DNA of 64,000 nucleotides from an uncultured Clostridia bacterium (GCA_947591785.1 CANQDK010000002.1:79069-143068), one strand, 5' to 3'; shown: positions 12,001 to 20,053, counted from the first letter of the stretch. The notes: generated by a model not told the origin, from the sequence alone. Numbers and translations are program-made.

Positions 12001-14554
12001 TAACATTCTCCGTGCGATTGTCAAGTTCGATGTCTGCATAATGAACCTTTGCCAAACGAGTGACTTGCAAAACAATTTCGCTTGTCAAATAAAGTCTTGA
12101 ATCTGTATTTTTTGCTTGAACTTTCAGTTTAACAGCTCCTTCGTTGTCAAAGCCTTCTGTCAACACAAGTTTTAAACTTTCAGAACCTTCCACAATAGCA
12201 GTTTCTGCACATTTTGTTGAAATATCATCTGAAACAACAGAATAAGCATCAACAGATGTCACTTTGTCGTTAAGGTTTTTAAGTTCGACAAAATATCCTG
12301 TTGCTTTTGTCATGCCCTGTTCTTTCAAACTTTCATCATATCCAAACTTAAAGTTTTCTGCATCATATTCAAATTCAATCTTTTTCGCAATGCAAATTTT
12401 TTGTTTAAGTCCTCCAGAAGACAAGGTGACATTTTCGTTATTGCTGATTGCAAAAACTTCGACATAGAAATATCCTTCATGCGAAAAAGTAAAATTGTTT
12501 GTCGAACAAGTTTCAATTGTCATTTTTTTATCAGGAAGCCCATTTTCAACAACACATTCTTCAAAAGAATTCTTATCTGGCTTGCCATCATCTGTCAAAA
12601 ATTCATAATATTCCAGACGATATTCATTTGCTCCTTCAACTTGCCCCCATGTGTATAACATTTGTGTTTCATCACTTCGCGAAACTGATGTTGGAGTTTT
12701 CAAAATTTGTAAGGATTTTTCTGTTGATGACTTAATAACAAAATTTTCTTCTCCAGCAATCGCAACCACACGCAATCTGTATGCTTCTTCAACAGGCAAT
12801 ATTGCAACTTCAATTCGGGAAGAAAGTTCGATTTCAACCTGCCCCTCTTCTAAAAGTTTCACTGTATAAAGGGAGTCATCAACCTTTTCAAAAGTTTCTC
12901 CATTCCATCTTTGCAACTCATAATTGGTTGCATTTTCCACAGCCTTGAAAGAGAAAACAGATTTCTCATCTTTGTATTTGTGCAAAATGCCTTCTTTAAT
13001 TTGTGCAAGTTTAATAAAAGTCAATTCTTCACTTAGTGCAGAGTTTAAAACAAAAACAGAATTCTCACCAATATTGTTGTCCTGTTGCACAGGAATTTGT
13101 TTCAATTTTACAAGCTTTTTCCCAACTTCACTGAAGTTCAAACTTGTTTCAACAGTTTGTGCACCTTGAGAGAATCCCTCTCCAACAATTCCAAGTCCGT
13201 CGATTCCAATTTTTGTTGAAACAAGAGGAGCATTTGATGTGAATGTTAAATTAATCAAATTTCCATCAATATCATTTTCCCTTGCTGTCACAGTTTCAAT
13301 TTTTGGCAATTTATAGATTTTTTCAAATTCGACAGAATCGCTGTGATAGAAAAACTCTCCTGCTGAGCCTTTGTTAGAATTAACAGCAACAACAGACAAT
13401 TTCCATTCACCAGATGCAAGGTTTGGTAAATCAGTGTAAATTTCTGTCTGTTCCTTTTTCTCAAAAACATAGGCGGAAGAGTTCACATCAGTGGAAGCAG
13501 TGAAAACATATTTATCCGCATTTTCATCAGTAACAACTTTAAAAAGTCCGCCTTCAACAGCAGAAAAATTATATGAAACGTTTGGAGTGTTAAGTTTTTT
13601 GATTTTGAGAATTTCACTCTCTCTTGCCCATTTTTCTCCAGTTGAATCATAAACAACAACTGAAACTTCTGCCGATTGTCCCTGTTCAATTTCATCAAAA
13701 TAGTTTGACAAATCCATAGTGGTTTCTGTTTGATAGTCACCAAGTTCAATTCCGTTCATGCGAACTTTATATTTTGCATTTTCGCCAGCAACAACACTGC
13801 TCCACGACAATTCTCCTGTCTCTCCATTCCAATTAAGTCCACCATTTTCAATCGTAAGTTGAGGCATAAATCCAAAAAAGAAAGTTGACGGAGTCACCAC
13901 TTCGCTATCATCAAAATGTCCAAACTTTTTCGCTTTAAAAGAAAGATGATATTCTCCAATCTCTGTTAAAACGAGTTTGTTTGGAGTTTCATCGTTTTCT
14001 GCAGAAACTTCTTTATAAAAATCGGAAGTTCCTTCAGTTTCGTCTGGATTTTCCGCATTATGTAAAATTTTTTGCCCTTCAATTATATATGTTTTAGCAA
14101 AAGTAGGTTTGTCCTCAACGGAATCAGTTTCAAACATTGCAAAACTTTCATCCCACGTAATAACCGCAATTTCATTCTCCTGTTCATCTTTTTCAATGCT
14201 CATTTTAAAGTTTGATGGAGCTTCAAAAGGTTTGCCAACAACAACATTCATAGATGCAAGGGAATTTTTGTTGTATGTTGCAAAAACTTTTGTTGTTCCA
14301 TATTTCTTTGCCTTAAAACCGTTTTCAACCTTGTCAAAAATTGTCCCATCTGAAAATTGAAAATCAATCTGCCCTATATCAGCATTTTTCACATTTAGAT
14401 AACTTCCAAAATCCACAGTTTTGTCATCAGAAAGATAAACAACCAATTCATCTTGTGTGAACTTTGCTTCGACTCCTTTAAATGAACACGCCATAAGCAT
14501 ACCTGACAATGCAAGCGTGAATACTGACATTAAAACAGCACAAAACTTTTTCAT
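3026..14554 (-). CDS. Giant (3,842 aa) surface lipoprotein, adhesin-like, with a C-terminal GLUG-motif-like beta-helix
   Basis: Uninterrupted 11.5-kb ORF. The N-terminus MKKFCAVLMSVFTLALSGMLMAC is a signal peptide plus lipobox, with an SD-like GTGAGG 5 nt upstream. The body is beta-rich and Ig/FN3-like in composition. The last ~400 aa start with GTDENPYIITNSTQFKNI and carry repeated xxG(L/I)(A/V)xxNxGxI segments (VSGLAIINNGTI, IAGLVYTNYSTI, IAGIAITNSNGKI). Confidence 0.8.
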   Translation of the reverse strand: MKKFCAVLMSVFTLALSGMLMACSFKGVEAKFTQDELVVYLSDDKTVDFGSYLNVKNADIGQIDFQFSDGTIFDKVENGFKAKKYGTTKVFATYNKNSLASMNVVVGKPFEAPSNFKMSIEKDEQENEIAVITWDESFAMFETDSVEDKPTFAKTYIIEGQKILHNAENPDETEGTSDFYKEVSAENDETPNKLVLTEIGEYHLSFKAKKFGHFDDSEVVTPSTFFFGFMPQLTIENGGLNWNGETGELSWSSVVAGENAKYKVRMNGIELGDYQTETTMDLSNYFDEIEQGQSAEVSVVVYDSTGEKWARESEILKIKKLNTPNVSYNFSAVEGGLFKVVTDENADKYVFTASTDVNSSAYVFEKKEQTEIYTDLPNLASGEWKLSVVAVNSNKGSAGEFFYHSDSVEFEKIYKLPKIETVTARENDIDGNLINLTFTSNAPLVSTKIGIDGLGIVGEGFSQGAQTVETSLNFSEVGKKLVKLKQIPVQQDNNIGENSVFVLNSALSEELTFIKLAQIKEGILHKYKDEKSVFSFKAVENATNYELQRWNGETFEKVDDSLYTVKLLEEGQVEIELSSRIEVAILPVEEAYRLRVVAIAGEENFVIKSSTEKSLQILKTPTSVSRSDETQMLYTWGQVEGANEYRLEYYEFLTDDGKPDKNSFEECVVENGLPDKKMTIETCSTNNFTFSHEGYFYVEVFAISNNENVTLSSGGLKQKICIAKKIEFEYDAENFKFGYDESLKEQGMTKATGYFVELKNLNDKVTSVDAYSVVSDDISTKCAETAIVEGSESLKLVLTEGFDNEGAVKLKVQAKNTDSRLYLTSEIVLQVTRLAKVHYADIELDNRTENVTIRKKDGVSEIVVSQNGRLLSNTSEDTTIKIIDEEGNYVKFSLNINLKGSNIDGNYFDIGQENQDSQEVLTTFLESGESTIDFQRLSTPTNFEYNNGKLVFNHEQSSATKYYVVDIVCVGVNGDSKSYTVRFDTQSVSVDGYSHDFGPKVDYVEESEDNKISINIQSFIDKLNQVEDLSAEFAQADSIKFRAFAYQNIERDNDDSKFVQISSLFAKSASSETTIEVKKFDEVVPTFSAEGQTYTLSWNSATVGGEALNSQQLTNVEYEIYLLNEKGDDTLIGKVSANTFTNFTSEYKEAEKFFTFYIKVSHPQFLTSNESSYVKIYKLKSLDKVTLTDSAQLLYNAPEADYTKAVKVESSGRTISEDKLSGSVEIDETGTKYDFTILGKKLEQRENPEQEEQGKLLCTTYYIDSEVASWTVKEMNGEDVKPSNDEINFAGNIVSWNPYGVEKNLPSLEYVLIFKDSLNKIVTYRTENTSVNLTDAEDKNAQKLLEDLKVLNAGEITVSLSAHLKPYSAVAGDIYFAKAQKLLNTEDEGVGECNHYIYNASAKTQKLAIPEIGGLEYVYDDSNPLNAQYPNVKISLKGDYNQTGTFEIYRVASTGREFLRKESVSKEIETYSFTLESSEIANYLSVEHDLIFEIFAVSEGDNAQAFIPSSALVLTLKRAHDLEAVEFKEEQIGYSKVVKFSYNTEYAQELAKGVILKVDIFNNDALSSVKVTKAFFVPFSGEELGSEGQFEYDLGENQASWFNENLSSGGIIKVSAFVNNSAENSRYFLASVGGPQTNPSGMKESEPYEVLASVGDENIVRASNGFKITGGKDNKVAYFVKNNAEINIVKANADGEFVFDAPDNWENGQFNLKVMATHETEVISTQTKYYVSSVEKEVSFTMRRIERVDSETVQIERLDDEMSLIWKAVDNAEGYVLRIYKLSNGEKGELLYTYETDSSYVNDSGRGGNYVKRKLFDIFGESYENLIGAGKFSELELQSGDCDVWFELVTVGDGENYNNSHDCTFSATIVGNPIEKEDVSISMGRIYLSNLKEGQKLMYRYIVVEGTQIRPIQAWRTTTVLNSTSVVLEIDLKEEIYQAFNIEIVIIGEGPASHANFVLDSMPYSSYGEFGFYKVNDILDIQYNPNNPDGITFTLDTLDDTNFLYVGQNGNSLDRNEVVSIKLTNGEMSSSGLGVDFRYSLLDILTALNEKVGNIELSANMSLTFWAYKESTEEALYLASKPKEYKFSYIEDIYFKEVVKLGKDAASKGDGTVQEDFVNTYVLFDNKDDADKSGFITSGFYVKLKQGEFIDSVFVSKEELLANPYFGTDTFAINLVEHVFNNKKLEGQSGMFEVEFAKVATKGDLYCVSEWISTDKNGKKFQFSRYRNVSSIIIRGGNLSWAGVDAEQYYVFFVSNILDESPTSWAYIKTKSTTVDTSKMPCDETRIFVAVQAVCEDTNNLSVVSSARTYYGGVDGEPIMVRRNQVKESVVNLDDKGRLYIDWDKDGKFFNLLTKQPDGTTSLSMIAEELASENTIFEEPFTFTLKDLLEENMLYLRLRFTPIGEDSDVKGYSRSYDIPIVELMSSLIDFYSQNAKGNLRDRIEELVEATTLGSSKATLMNFYERIEKASRGLGGPALFIDDCLNTLQAGKYKLEYCLLGNAFSLNSYMYSYENAKGTNEIFINEEPDVTIQIDRTKSQEYTTVLKVTVKKSKVWTYDEISSGYVQKDAEGYYIKIGEAYFSLIQSSGWRIQCLSNSSSFSTLSVTENGDSLEFYINYNSGESLLGKFENEIERSAPKEFQICAIGTKYSLSSKSEMFLMTLLELKQFQIRDGQFTWQTQQNRDTYVIYKQTGAVEDSRKVSGDLANPVFSLSGIGSDGAGAGSYEYIRFLLIGGVTGNTVYVDSDMLQVKNVFKLYSPNLENNLGKLYIRGNEENRNALANSYSDTDKYVYNLYNDSSTSGLTYLQICDEKEYFGFEYEVGVVPGLEPNSPEGIFKATEFSAKMFYAESLGSSASFVKGEAETTSSYYIKNLKCVDSKTGEETSGNIIVKSDVGSLPAIMLDKIDEESLKIENGLINFKPVSERKMDETSYTIPTDALDVYRIRIERYKTSDVEGADTRVGTEKDIETFYTSAKSNGNVVFDFLNLKENPELDTEDVLYKVYVQATALQKGLSSVPLVEGGYAGGSAKYYNYNYGILMSEPVVLKGIKRIKPIDENSLKVNENGLLTWTYRPSETSVAGETLSPDNIEYYYRFVVADVNGNEYSGIKTITMEDGVYTITFEESGDIPVGTNNLQVYVTVGEFNPNSLLVNSVARTKEFTKLEGVYATNFEVMSVSGVEYLSFERYFSDFSNKTNTIIAHFEDLNMMNGAVTKDVTFTNNENKLYIFKNNVNLGDVSWPEGYVQDYVIITKNDISKVWFEVRCEGKLNSNASESFMLHRTDVEDVNIVWDSVKQEFSWNYQFNSFNSKVKAEKLKYVYSANEGCLLYGIDGDFENPSDKTVTKGEVFEIAEDDRDKDYLKIVKDDEYFFVKRSDVTRTIEDDIENGVIKTQDFDGSVLVKILETQGDYSIVEIENVPYRVATTRIEKPTFVIEATYIIGDAQTVRTYNSKESSFKPTIISTVKLKVRVKLNQTSIQSDEKEYFDENDEDGNGSPDSIEFNLFESGQGTDENPYIITNSTQFKNIKYRLSKELTEYSENGIQHRDSSKYYFSIQVVDGEELELGSFSGVLIDGVFDGVLRGNGTTITYTSTDVVELKEEDTISIEASNSAISNGSGGPFKFRNVTALFREIKQDAEVRNLHIKAHFEKEQYVDNHSLVSGLAIINNGTIDSVVIDEFSTNFVGYIASNTLITMSYSGIASINRGTLRNCVFTAQTEIVEERAQNIFIAGLVYTNYSTIEGGENCNTSISSSLSIHITRAGSGGIQIAGIAITNSNGKINARNNASISVLADSSSNSITCYAGGVVVLQKGNLDLSTDSTTTPTVTGIYNATVDKIYATRRAGG

Positions 14555-14617
14555 AAAAACCTCACTGATTCATTTGAGAATTTTTTTGCAAGTGTTAGCC
14601 TTTAAATCTATATTTTT

Positions 14618-14647
14618 ATTTTAACACTTTTGAATTGAATTTATCAA
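14618..14647 (-). promoter_or_regulatory. Candidate sigma-A promoter of the giant lipoprotein gene
   Basis: The minus strand reads TTGATA-N18-TGtTAAAAT (extended -10), about 60 nt upstream of the ATG at 14554. Confidence 0.4.
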
Positions 14648-14959
14648 ATAAAAATACAAAATAAATTATATAAAATATAAAGGAATTTTCGCAAATAACA
14701 AATCCATAAAATTTTTATTTTTTAAAGAAAAATTCGCAGAACATAAAAAGTATTTTTGTTTAGGATTTCTAACACGAAAAAATGGTTTAAAAATTTTTAT
14801 TTTTTACAATATTTTTAAAAAAAATAAATTAATAAAAAAATCAAAAAATTAATATTTTTCTTGATTTTTTCATCATTTTTTTGTAAAAAAATTGATTTTT
14901 TATTTATTTTTCATTTTTTCATATATTTTTTCACATTATAAAAACTGTCGAAAAAATAT

Positions 14960-15772
14960 CTAAAAAACATACCAATTTGGATATTTTTCAATTTTTTTAT
15001 TATTTAGGTTTTCAAGTCCAATAAAATCAAATTTTAAGCAAAAACAGCACAGTTTTTGGTGATTTAATTTGAATTTTTTGTTATTTTCATTTTTTCCATA
15101 CTTACCATCTCCAACAATAGGAAATCCGAGAAAAGCAAGATGAGCCCTTATTTGATGAGTTCTCCCTGTTAAAAGTTCAATTTGTAATAAGCTTGTTTCG
15201 TTTCCAACTTTCAAAGTTTTAATTTTTGTGCTGATTGGCAATGCGTTTTTGGTAGGTTTATCAAAAATTTTAACAAGCGATTTTTCTTCGTCTTTCAAAA
15301 GGTAGGCATTAAATGTTTTATCCACATCAAACTCACCAACCACTTCTGTGATATAAAATTTGTGAATTTTATGATTTTTAATTGCATTTTTTAAGATTTT
15401 TTCACTTTTTTCATTTTTTGAAAAGATGACAAGTCCTTCTGTGTTCCTGTCAAGACGATGCACAGCTCTTGCTTGAAGAATTTTTTCCAAACCATTATCT
15501 CCATCGGTTTCTATGCCCGCATGCTTGAAAACGATAATACAATCATCATCATCAAAAACCTTTTCATATTTTTTTTCTAGCATATTTGAAGTATAATAAC
15601 AAATAACCTTTTGCCCAACAGATAAAGATATGTCATCTTTAACAACAACATCGTCAACGCGTATATCCTTATTTCTCAACATTTTTCTTACATCAGCAAA
15701 AGTAAACCCACAATCTTGCAAAGTGGAAATAAGTTTTTTACTTTTTTTTACTAAAATCTCTTTTCTGTTCAT
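14960..15772 (-). CDS. RluA-family 23S rRNA/tRNA pseudouridine synthase with an N-terminal S4-like domain
   Basis: Motifs HRLDRNTEGLVIF (catalytic Asp) and GRTHQIRAHLAFLGFPIVGDGKYG. I chose the start at MNRKEILV (ATG 15772); the longer track ORF starts at 15796. Neither start has a clear SD. Confidence 0.8.
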   Translation of the reverse strand: MNRKEILVKKSKKLISTLQDCGFTFADVRKMLRNKDIRVDDVVVKDDISLSVGQKVICYYTSNMLEKKYEKVFDDDDCIIVFKHAGIETDGDNGLEKILQARAVHRLDRNTEGLVIFSKNEKSEKILKNAIKNHKIHKFYITEVVGEFDVDKTFNAYLLKDEEKSLVKIFDKPTKNALPISTKIKTLKVGNETSLLQIELLTGRTHQIRAHLAFLGFPIVGDGKYGKNENNKKFKLNHQKLCCFCLKFDFIGLENLNNKKIEKYPNWYVF

Positions 15773-15851
15773 ATAGTATAAGTAAAGAAAATACATTTCT
15801 TTGAATAAAATTTACCATATTTTTTGCAATTTTGCAAGCAAAAGGAGAAAA

Positions 15852-16100
15852 ATGGAAACGATTTTAATTGAAGACAGAAAAAATATAATTATAAAAGGTG
15901 CAACAAAAGTAATTTCTTCCACCAACACTCAGGCAGTAGTGGAACTTGGAGGAACAAACATAGTTATTTCTGGAAACAATATGGAAGTTACAAAACTTGA
16001 TCTTGAAAATAAAGATGTCAGTTTTTCTGGGAATATAATATCTGTGAAATACACACAAAAACCTGAAAAAACAAATCTAATGAAAAGGTTGTTTAAATAA
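15852..16100 (+). CDS. yabP: Sporulation protein YabP
   Basis: METILIEDRKNIIIKGATKVISSTNTQAVVELGGTNIVISGNNMEVTKLDLENKDVSFSGNIISVKY matches the YabP pattern. An AAAGGAGAAA SD lies just upstream of ATG 15852; the track ORF starts earlier at 15801. Confidence 0.75.
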   Translation: METILIEDRKNIIIKGATKVISSTNTQAVVELGGTNIVISGNNMEVTKLDLENKDVSFSGNIISVKYTQKPEKTNLMKRLFK

Positions 16101-16484
16101 ATGCTTTACGAAGCATTAAATCAACCCCAAATTTTTCTTTATATGTGTCTGGGAGGATTTTTCACGGCATTCATTTTTGATATAAAATCAATTTTGATGT
16201 ATTTTTTTAAGAAAAATCATTTTTTTTCGCATTTTTTTGATTTTTTTGCGTGTTTTTTTGTATTTTTTTCATTTTTTTATATAAATTTATTAACAAATTA
16301 TGGAGAGTTAAGATTGTTTACGGTAACCACTTTTTTCCTTTCCTTTTTTATTCAACGTTTTTTTGTCAAAAATTTTGTTGCAAATCCTACGCTCAAATGT
16401 TACAATATTCTCAAAGGGAAACTATATGAAAGAAGAATTGTCAAATCAAAACGAAAAGAAGAAAATAAAAATCAAAATTGTTGA
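16101..16484 (+). CDS. yabQ: Spore cortex biosynthesis protein YabQ-like membrane protein
   Basis: The start codon abuts the yabP stop. The protein is multi-pass and Phe-rich, in the conserved yabP-yabQ position. The call rests mainly on synteny. Confidence 0.55.
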   Translation: MLYEALNQPQIFLYMCLGGFFTAFIFDIKSILMYFFKKNHFFSHFFDFFACFFVFFSFFYINLLTNYGELRLFTVTTFFLSFFIQRFFVKNFVANPTLKCYNILKGKLYERRIVKSKRKEENKNQNC

Positions 16485-16797
16485 AGACACTGAAACTAAA
16501 AAAAACAACATTCCACAAGAAAACAGCGATGAAAAATCACAAAAAAACATAAAAATTCTTCTTTCTAATAAATCTAATCAAGAAAAAAGCACTGAAGAGT
16601 TGTCCTTGAAACAAAACACTAAGAAAATGTCTGCTTTCAAAATTACAGCGATAATTTTAATTGTCCTTCTTATAACTGCAATCGTTGTTGAAATTATTGT
16701 TATGGTTTGGCTTAGAATTTCAACCGACAATTTAAAAAACAAAAATGACAAAATTCCACCTGTTGAAGAATCTTCTTATTGCTTATTTATTGATTAA
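16426..16797 (+). CDS. Bitopic membrane protein (occupies the DivIC/FtsB slot after yabPQ; function not established)
   Basis: ATG 16426 follows AGGGAA. A Lys/Glu/Asn-rich N-terminal region precedes a single TM (AFKITAIILIVLLITAIVVEIIVMVWL) and a short tail. It overlaps the yabQ 3' end by 59 nt. Confidence 0.45.
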   Translation: MKEELSNQNEKKKIKIKIVEDTETKKNNIPQENSDEKSQKNIKILLSNKSNQEKSTEELSLKQNTKKMSAFKITAIILIVLLITAIVVEIIVMVWLRISTDNLKNKNDKIPPVEESSYCLFID

Positions 16798-16873
16798 TTA
16801 TAGAAATCTTATTGCTTATTAATAGTAAAATCCTAAAGTAAAAAACATATCTTAAAAAAAATACATACTTAAA

Positions 16874-17539
16874 CTAATAAAAAATTGGAATTATTTTTGA
16901 AAGCAAGCTTTCATAAAGAAAATTTGAAATTTCTCCACTTTTAATAAACTGCAACAATCCTTCACTCATAATCAAATTTGAAATCATAGATAAAACAAAA
17001 AAGAGAACTCCAAAAACAAAAATTCCTTTAATTAAGCCGACAACACCCCCTAAAACACGATTTCCAATTGAAAGCCCACATTTTTTTACTATTTTAGTTA
17101 TAAAACATTTTAAAAATTTTAAAATTAACTCGATTAAAATAAATATAACAATAAATAAAGCAATCTTTATCAATACTTTTGAGATTGAAGGAGCTAATAT
17201 TTGTCCTGCTGTTAATGTGCCATCAAAAGTGATATTTCCAAGTAATTTTGCAATTAAAAGTCCAAACAATTCTCCAAATTTTGACGCTGTTAAAACTTCT
17301 CCAAATTTTTCAATACTAGTAAATTGTCCAGGGAATAACCCATTAAAAAGAACTGATATTGTTTCTTCAACATAATTCCCAACATAATTTTGTGCAAAAG
17401 GTAGAAAAACTTGCATAAGCTTCCAAGAAATTATTGCAACAAAAAAAACTCCAATGAGTGAAAATATCATTGATATAAAACCTTTAAAAAAACCTCGAGC
17501 AAAATAAAAAGACAAAAGTCCAAACAGAACAAAGTCCAT
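16874..17539 (-). CDS. CvpA-family membrane protein
   Basis: The N-terminus MDFVLFGLLSFYFARGFFKGFISMIFSLIGVFFVAIISW plus 4-5 TM helices fits the colicin V production (CvpA) family pattern. Confidence 0.65.
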   Translation of the reverse strand: MDFVLFGLLSFYFARGFFKGFISMIFSLIGVFFVAIISWKLMQVFLPFAQNYVGNYVEETISVLFNGLFPGQFTSIEKFGEVLTASKFGELFGLLIAKLLGNITFDGTLTAGQILAPSISKVLIKIALFIVIFILIELILKFLKCFITKIVKKCGLSIGNRVLGGVVGLIKGIFVFGVLFFVLSMISNLIMSEGLLQFIKSGEISNFLYESLLSKIIPIFY

Positions 17540-17624
17540 AATTAGAGTTTTGCCTTTTTATTTTTTTACAAACTTTACAAAACTAAATTTATTAAATTTC
17601 TTTTATTTAAAATGTTTCTATTTT

Positions 17625-18155
17625 TTAGATTGTTTCATCTTGCATATTTTTGTCAATTAAATCTGTCTTTACTTCAATATTTTCCTTTTTAGAAACATCT
17701 TCAGTTTGATTTCTTAATGTTTGAATATAATCATAAAGAGGTTGCATGTTTTTATCTATCAAATCAATATAAATACATCTGCCTTGATATATGCCATTAT
17801 TCCCTCTGTAAAGGTTAAAACCTTGATAATCTGGAATAACCTCAAAAACAAGTTCGTCAAAGAGTAAATCATTAATACAGTATTGCCTATCAAATTTCAA
17901 ATAGACAAAAGTCCCTTCCTTTGTTTTTTCTTGAAAATCATTTTCAAACATTACAGCAAGAGAAGGCAACGTATGTGAACCTTCAAAAAGGCTTTCTATT
18001 TGTGAACCTAACTCCACTTTCTGCTCTTCTGTGAGAATTATCTCTTGCCCATCAATACAAACATTTGTATCTTGAACAAATGGTAAAGCATCAATTGCTT
18101 GAAAGAAAGACATAATCATCATTGGCACTCCAAACACAAAAAATAAGAATCTCAT
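17625..18155 (-). CDS. Hypothetical secreted protein
   Basis: Signal-peptide-like MRFLFFVFGVPMMIMSFFQAIDA. GGAGGTG lies 4-5 nt upstream of ATG 18155; the track start at 18167 is a GTG overlapping the SD. Confidence 0.55.
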   Translation of the reverse strand: MRFLFFVFGVPMMIMSFFQAIDALPFVQDTNVCIDGQEIILTEEQKVELGSQIESLFEGSHTLPSLAVMFENDFQEKTKEGTFVYLKFDRQYCINDLLFDELVFEVIPDYQGFNLYRGNNGIYQGRCIYIDLIDKNMQPLYDYIQTLRNQTEDVSKKENIEVKTDLIDKNMQDETI

Positions 18156-18264
18156 TTTCACCTCCACTTTTCGATATTTTGTGAAAATTATCTTATTTTA
18201 ATCATTATTTTTGCTTTTTTTACGTTTTTTTTATTAATTTTTTATTATTTTTTGATTCCTTTAA

Positions 18265-20052
18265 TTAAACCTCTTCAAACTGACTATTATACAAATCTGC
18301 ATAAAAACCACCAGCTTTTAACAATTCTTCATGATTTCCACTTTCAATTATGTCGCCATCTTTTAGCACCAATATTAAATCTGCATTCTTAATTGTTGAC
18401 AAACGATGTGCAATAATAAACGATGTTCGCCCTTCCATTACCTTATCCATTGCTTTTTGCAAAAGGACTTCCGTTCTTGTGTCAACCGAACTTGTTGCTT
18501 CATCAAGAATCATCATAGGCTTATTTTCAATCATAGTTCTTGCAATTGTTAGAAGTTGCTTCTGTCCAGCAGACAAATTTACCGCATCGTCAATAACCGT
18601 ATCATACCCATTGGAAAGAGTTTGTATAAAGTGGTCAATTCCAACCTTTTTACAAGCATCAACTATTTGCTCATCGGTTACGTTTTCTGTGTTATAACGC
18701 AAATTTTCCTTTATTGTTCCTTCAAACAGCCATGTGTCTTGCAAAACCATTCCAAAAAGCTTATGCACATTATCACGAGTCAAATCCTTTGTTGAAACAC
18801 CATCAATTTTTATATCTCCACTGTTAACCTCATAAAATCTCATAAGCAGATTGACAAGCGTTGTCTTTCCTGCTCCTGTTGGGCCAACTATTGCAACTTT
18901 CTCTCCCGCCTTAATATTCGCTGAGAAGTCCTTTATTATGATTTTGTTTTCATTATAGCCAAAAACAACATTGTCAAATTCAACATCTCCTCTCACATCA
19001 TTAAGAACAAGAGTTTTTCCAGATTCATCTGAAAGTTCCTTCTCTTCAAGAAAATCAAAAACTCTGTTTGCAGCAGCAGATGTAGCCTGCAAGTTTGTTA
19101 AAGATTGTGCTATTTGAGAAAGAGGATTTGAAAACAGTCTAACATAAATCATAAATGCGGAAATTATGCCAATATATTCAATTCCTCCACGTTGCAAAGC
19201 CAATATTGCACCAACAATACAAACTGCAACATAGCCAAAATTTCCAACAAACCCCATAATTGGCCCCATCACACCTGAAATAAATTGTGATTTCCAACCA
19301 CTTGTGAAAAGACGCTTGTTTATTTTATCAAACTCTTCTCCTGTTTGCTCCTTTGCGTTAAAGAGTTGCACAACGTTATGTCCAGAATAAACTTCTTCAA
19401 TATGAGAGTTTAAATCCCCAAGATTCTTCTGGTTTTGATTAAAATATTTTTGTGCTCGAGTCATAAAAATCAGTGAGAAAGCGAAACCAATTATTGTCGC
19501 ACCTATAACAGTCAATGCAAGAATCCAGTCTGTTACAAACATCATTATAAAAACACCAACAAACAGCAAGCCACTATGGAAGAGAGTTCCTATACTTTCA
19601 TTTAGACTTTGCCCAACCCTGTCAACATCATTTGTTACACGGCTTAAAACATCGCCAAACATATTTGTGTCAAAATAGTTAAGAGGAAGTTTGTTGATTT
19701 TATGAGAGATATCATGCCTAAATTTCTTTGATAATTTTTGCGTCACTGTTGTAAGGATAAACTGCTGAAAATATGAAAGTATTGCCCCTGCAACATATAT
19801 ACAAACAAGGAAAATTCCAATTTTTCCAACAGCAGCCAAATCGACTCCAGATGAATTTAGCCCAGTGGCAATCAATGTTATAAGATCTTGAATCTTGTTT
19901 GGGCCAATAATTTGAAAAGTCACCCCAACTGCACCAAATATCATTGATAGTGCAATCCACCACCAAAATTTTTTGCAATATAAAAGCAGTTTTTTCATTG
20001 ATTTTTTGAAAGAACCTTTTTCTGTTTTTTCAGAAAGCATCATTCTTGGCAT
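18265..20052 (-). CDS. ABC exporter, fused permease/ATPase subunit (heterodimer partner B)
   Basis: Six-TM N-terminal domain. Walker A GPTGAGKTT, signature LSAGQKQLL, Walker B MMILDEATSSVD. The start lies 1 nt after the upstream stop. Confidence 0.9.
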   Translation of the reverse strand: MPRMMLSEKTEKGSFKKSMKKLLLYCKKFWWWIALSMIFGAVGVTFQIIGPNKIQDLITLIATGLNSSGVDLAAVGKIGIFLVCIYVAGAILSYFQQFILTTVTQKLSKKFRHDISHKINKLPLNYFDTNMFGDVLSRVTNDVDRVGQSLNESIGTLFHSGLLFVGVFIMMFVTDWILALTVIGATIIGFAFSLIFMTRAQKYFNQNQKNLGDLNSHIEEVYSGHNVVQLFNAKEQTGEEFDKINKRLFTSGWKSQFISGVMGPIMGFVGNFGYVAVCIVGAILALQRGGIEYIGIISAFMIYVRLFSNPLSQIAQSLTNLQATSAAANRVFDFLEEKELSDESGKTLVLNDVRGDVEFDNVVFGYNENKIIIKDFSANIKAGEKVAIVGPTGAGKTTLVNLLMRFYEVNSGDIKIDGVSTKDLTRDNVHKLFGMVLQDTWLFEGTIKENLRYNTENVTDEQIVDACKKVGIDHFIQTLSNGYDTVIDDAVNLSAGQKQLLTIARTMIENKPMMILDEATSSVDTRTEVLLQKAMDKVMEGRTSFIIAHRLSTIKNADLILVLKDGDIIESGNHEELLKAGGFYADLYNSQFEEV

Positions 20053-20053
20053 A

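Noticed and set aside
4229-14360. About 25 short ORFs (60-120 aa) on both strands inside the giant gene, e.g. 5150-5512, 12401-12658, 14109-14360
   Set aside because: They are shadow ORFs within or antisense to an uninterrupted 11.5-kb coding frame. They have low-complexity, codon-complement composition and no SDs.
14700-14830. Two copies of AAAATTTTTATTTTTTA about 90 bp apart upstream of the giant gene
   Set aside because: They are low-complexity A/T runs in >85% AT DNA. Chance recurrence is plausible and no flanking similarity exists.
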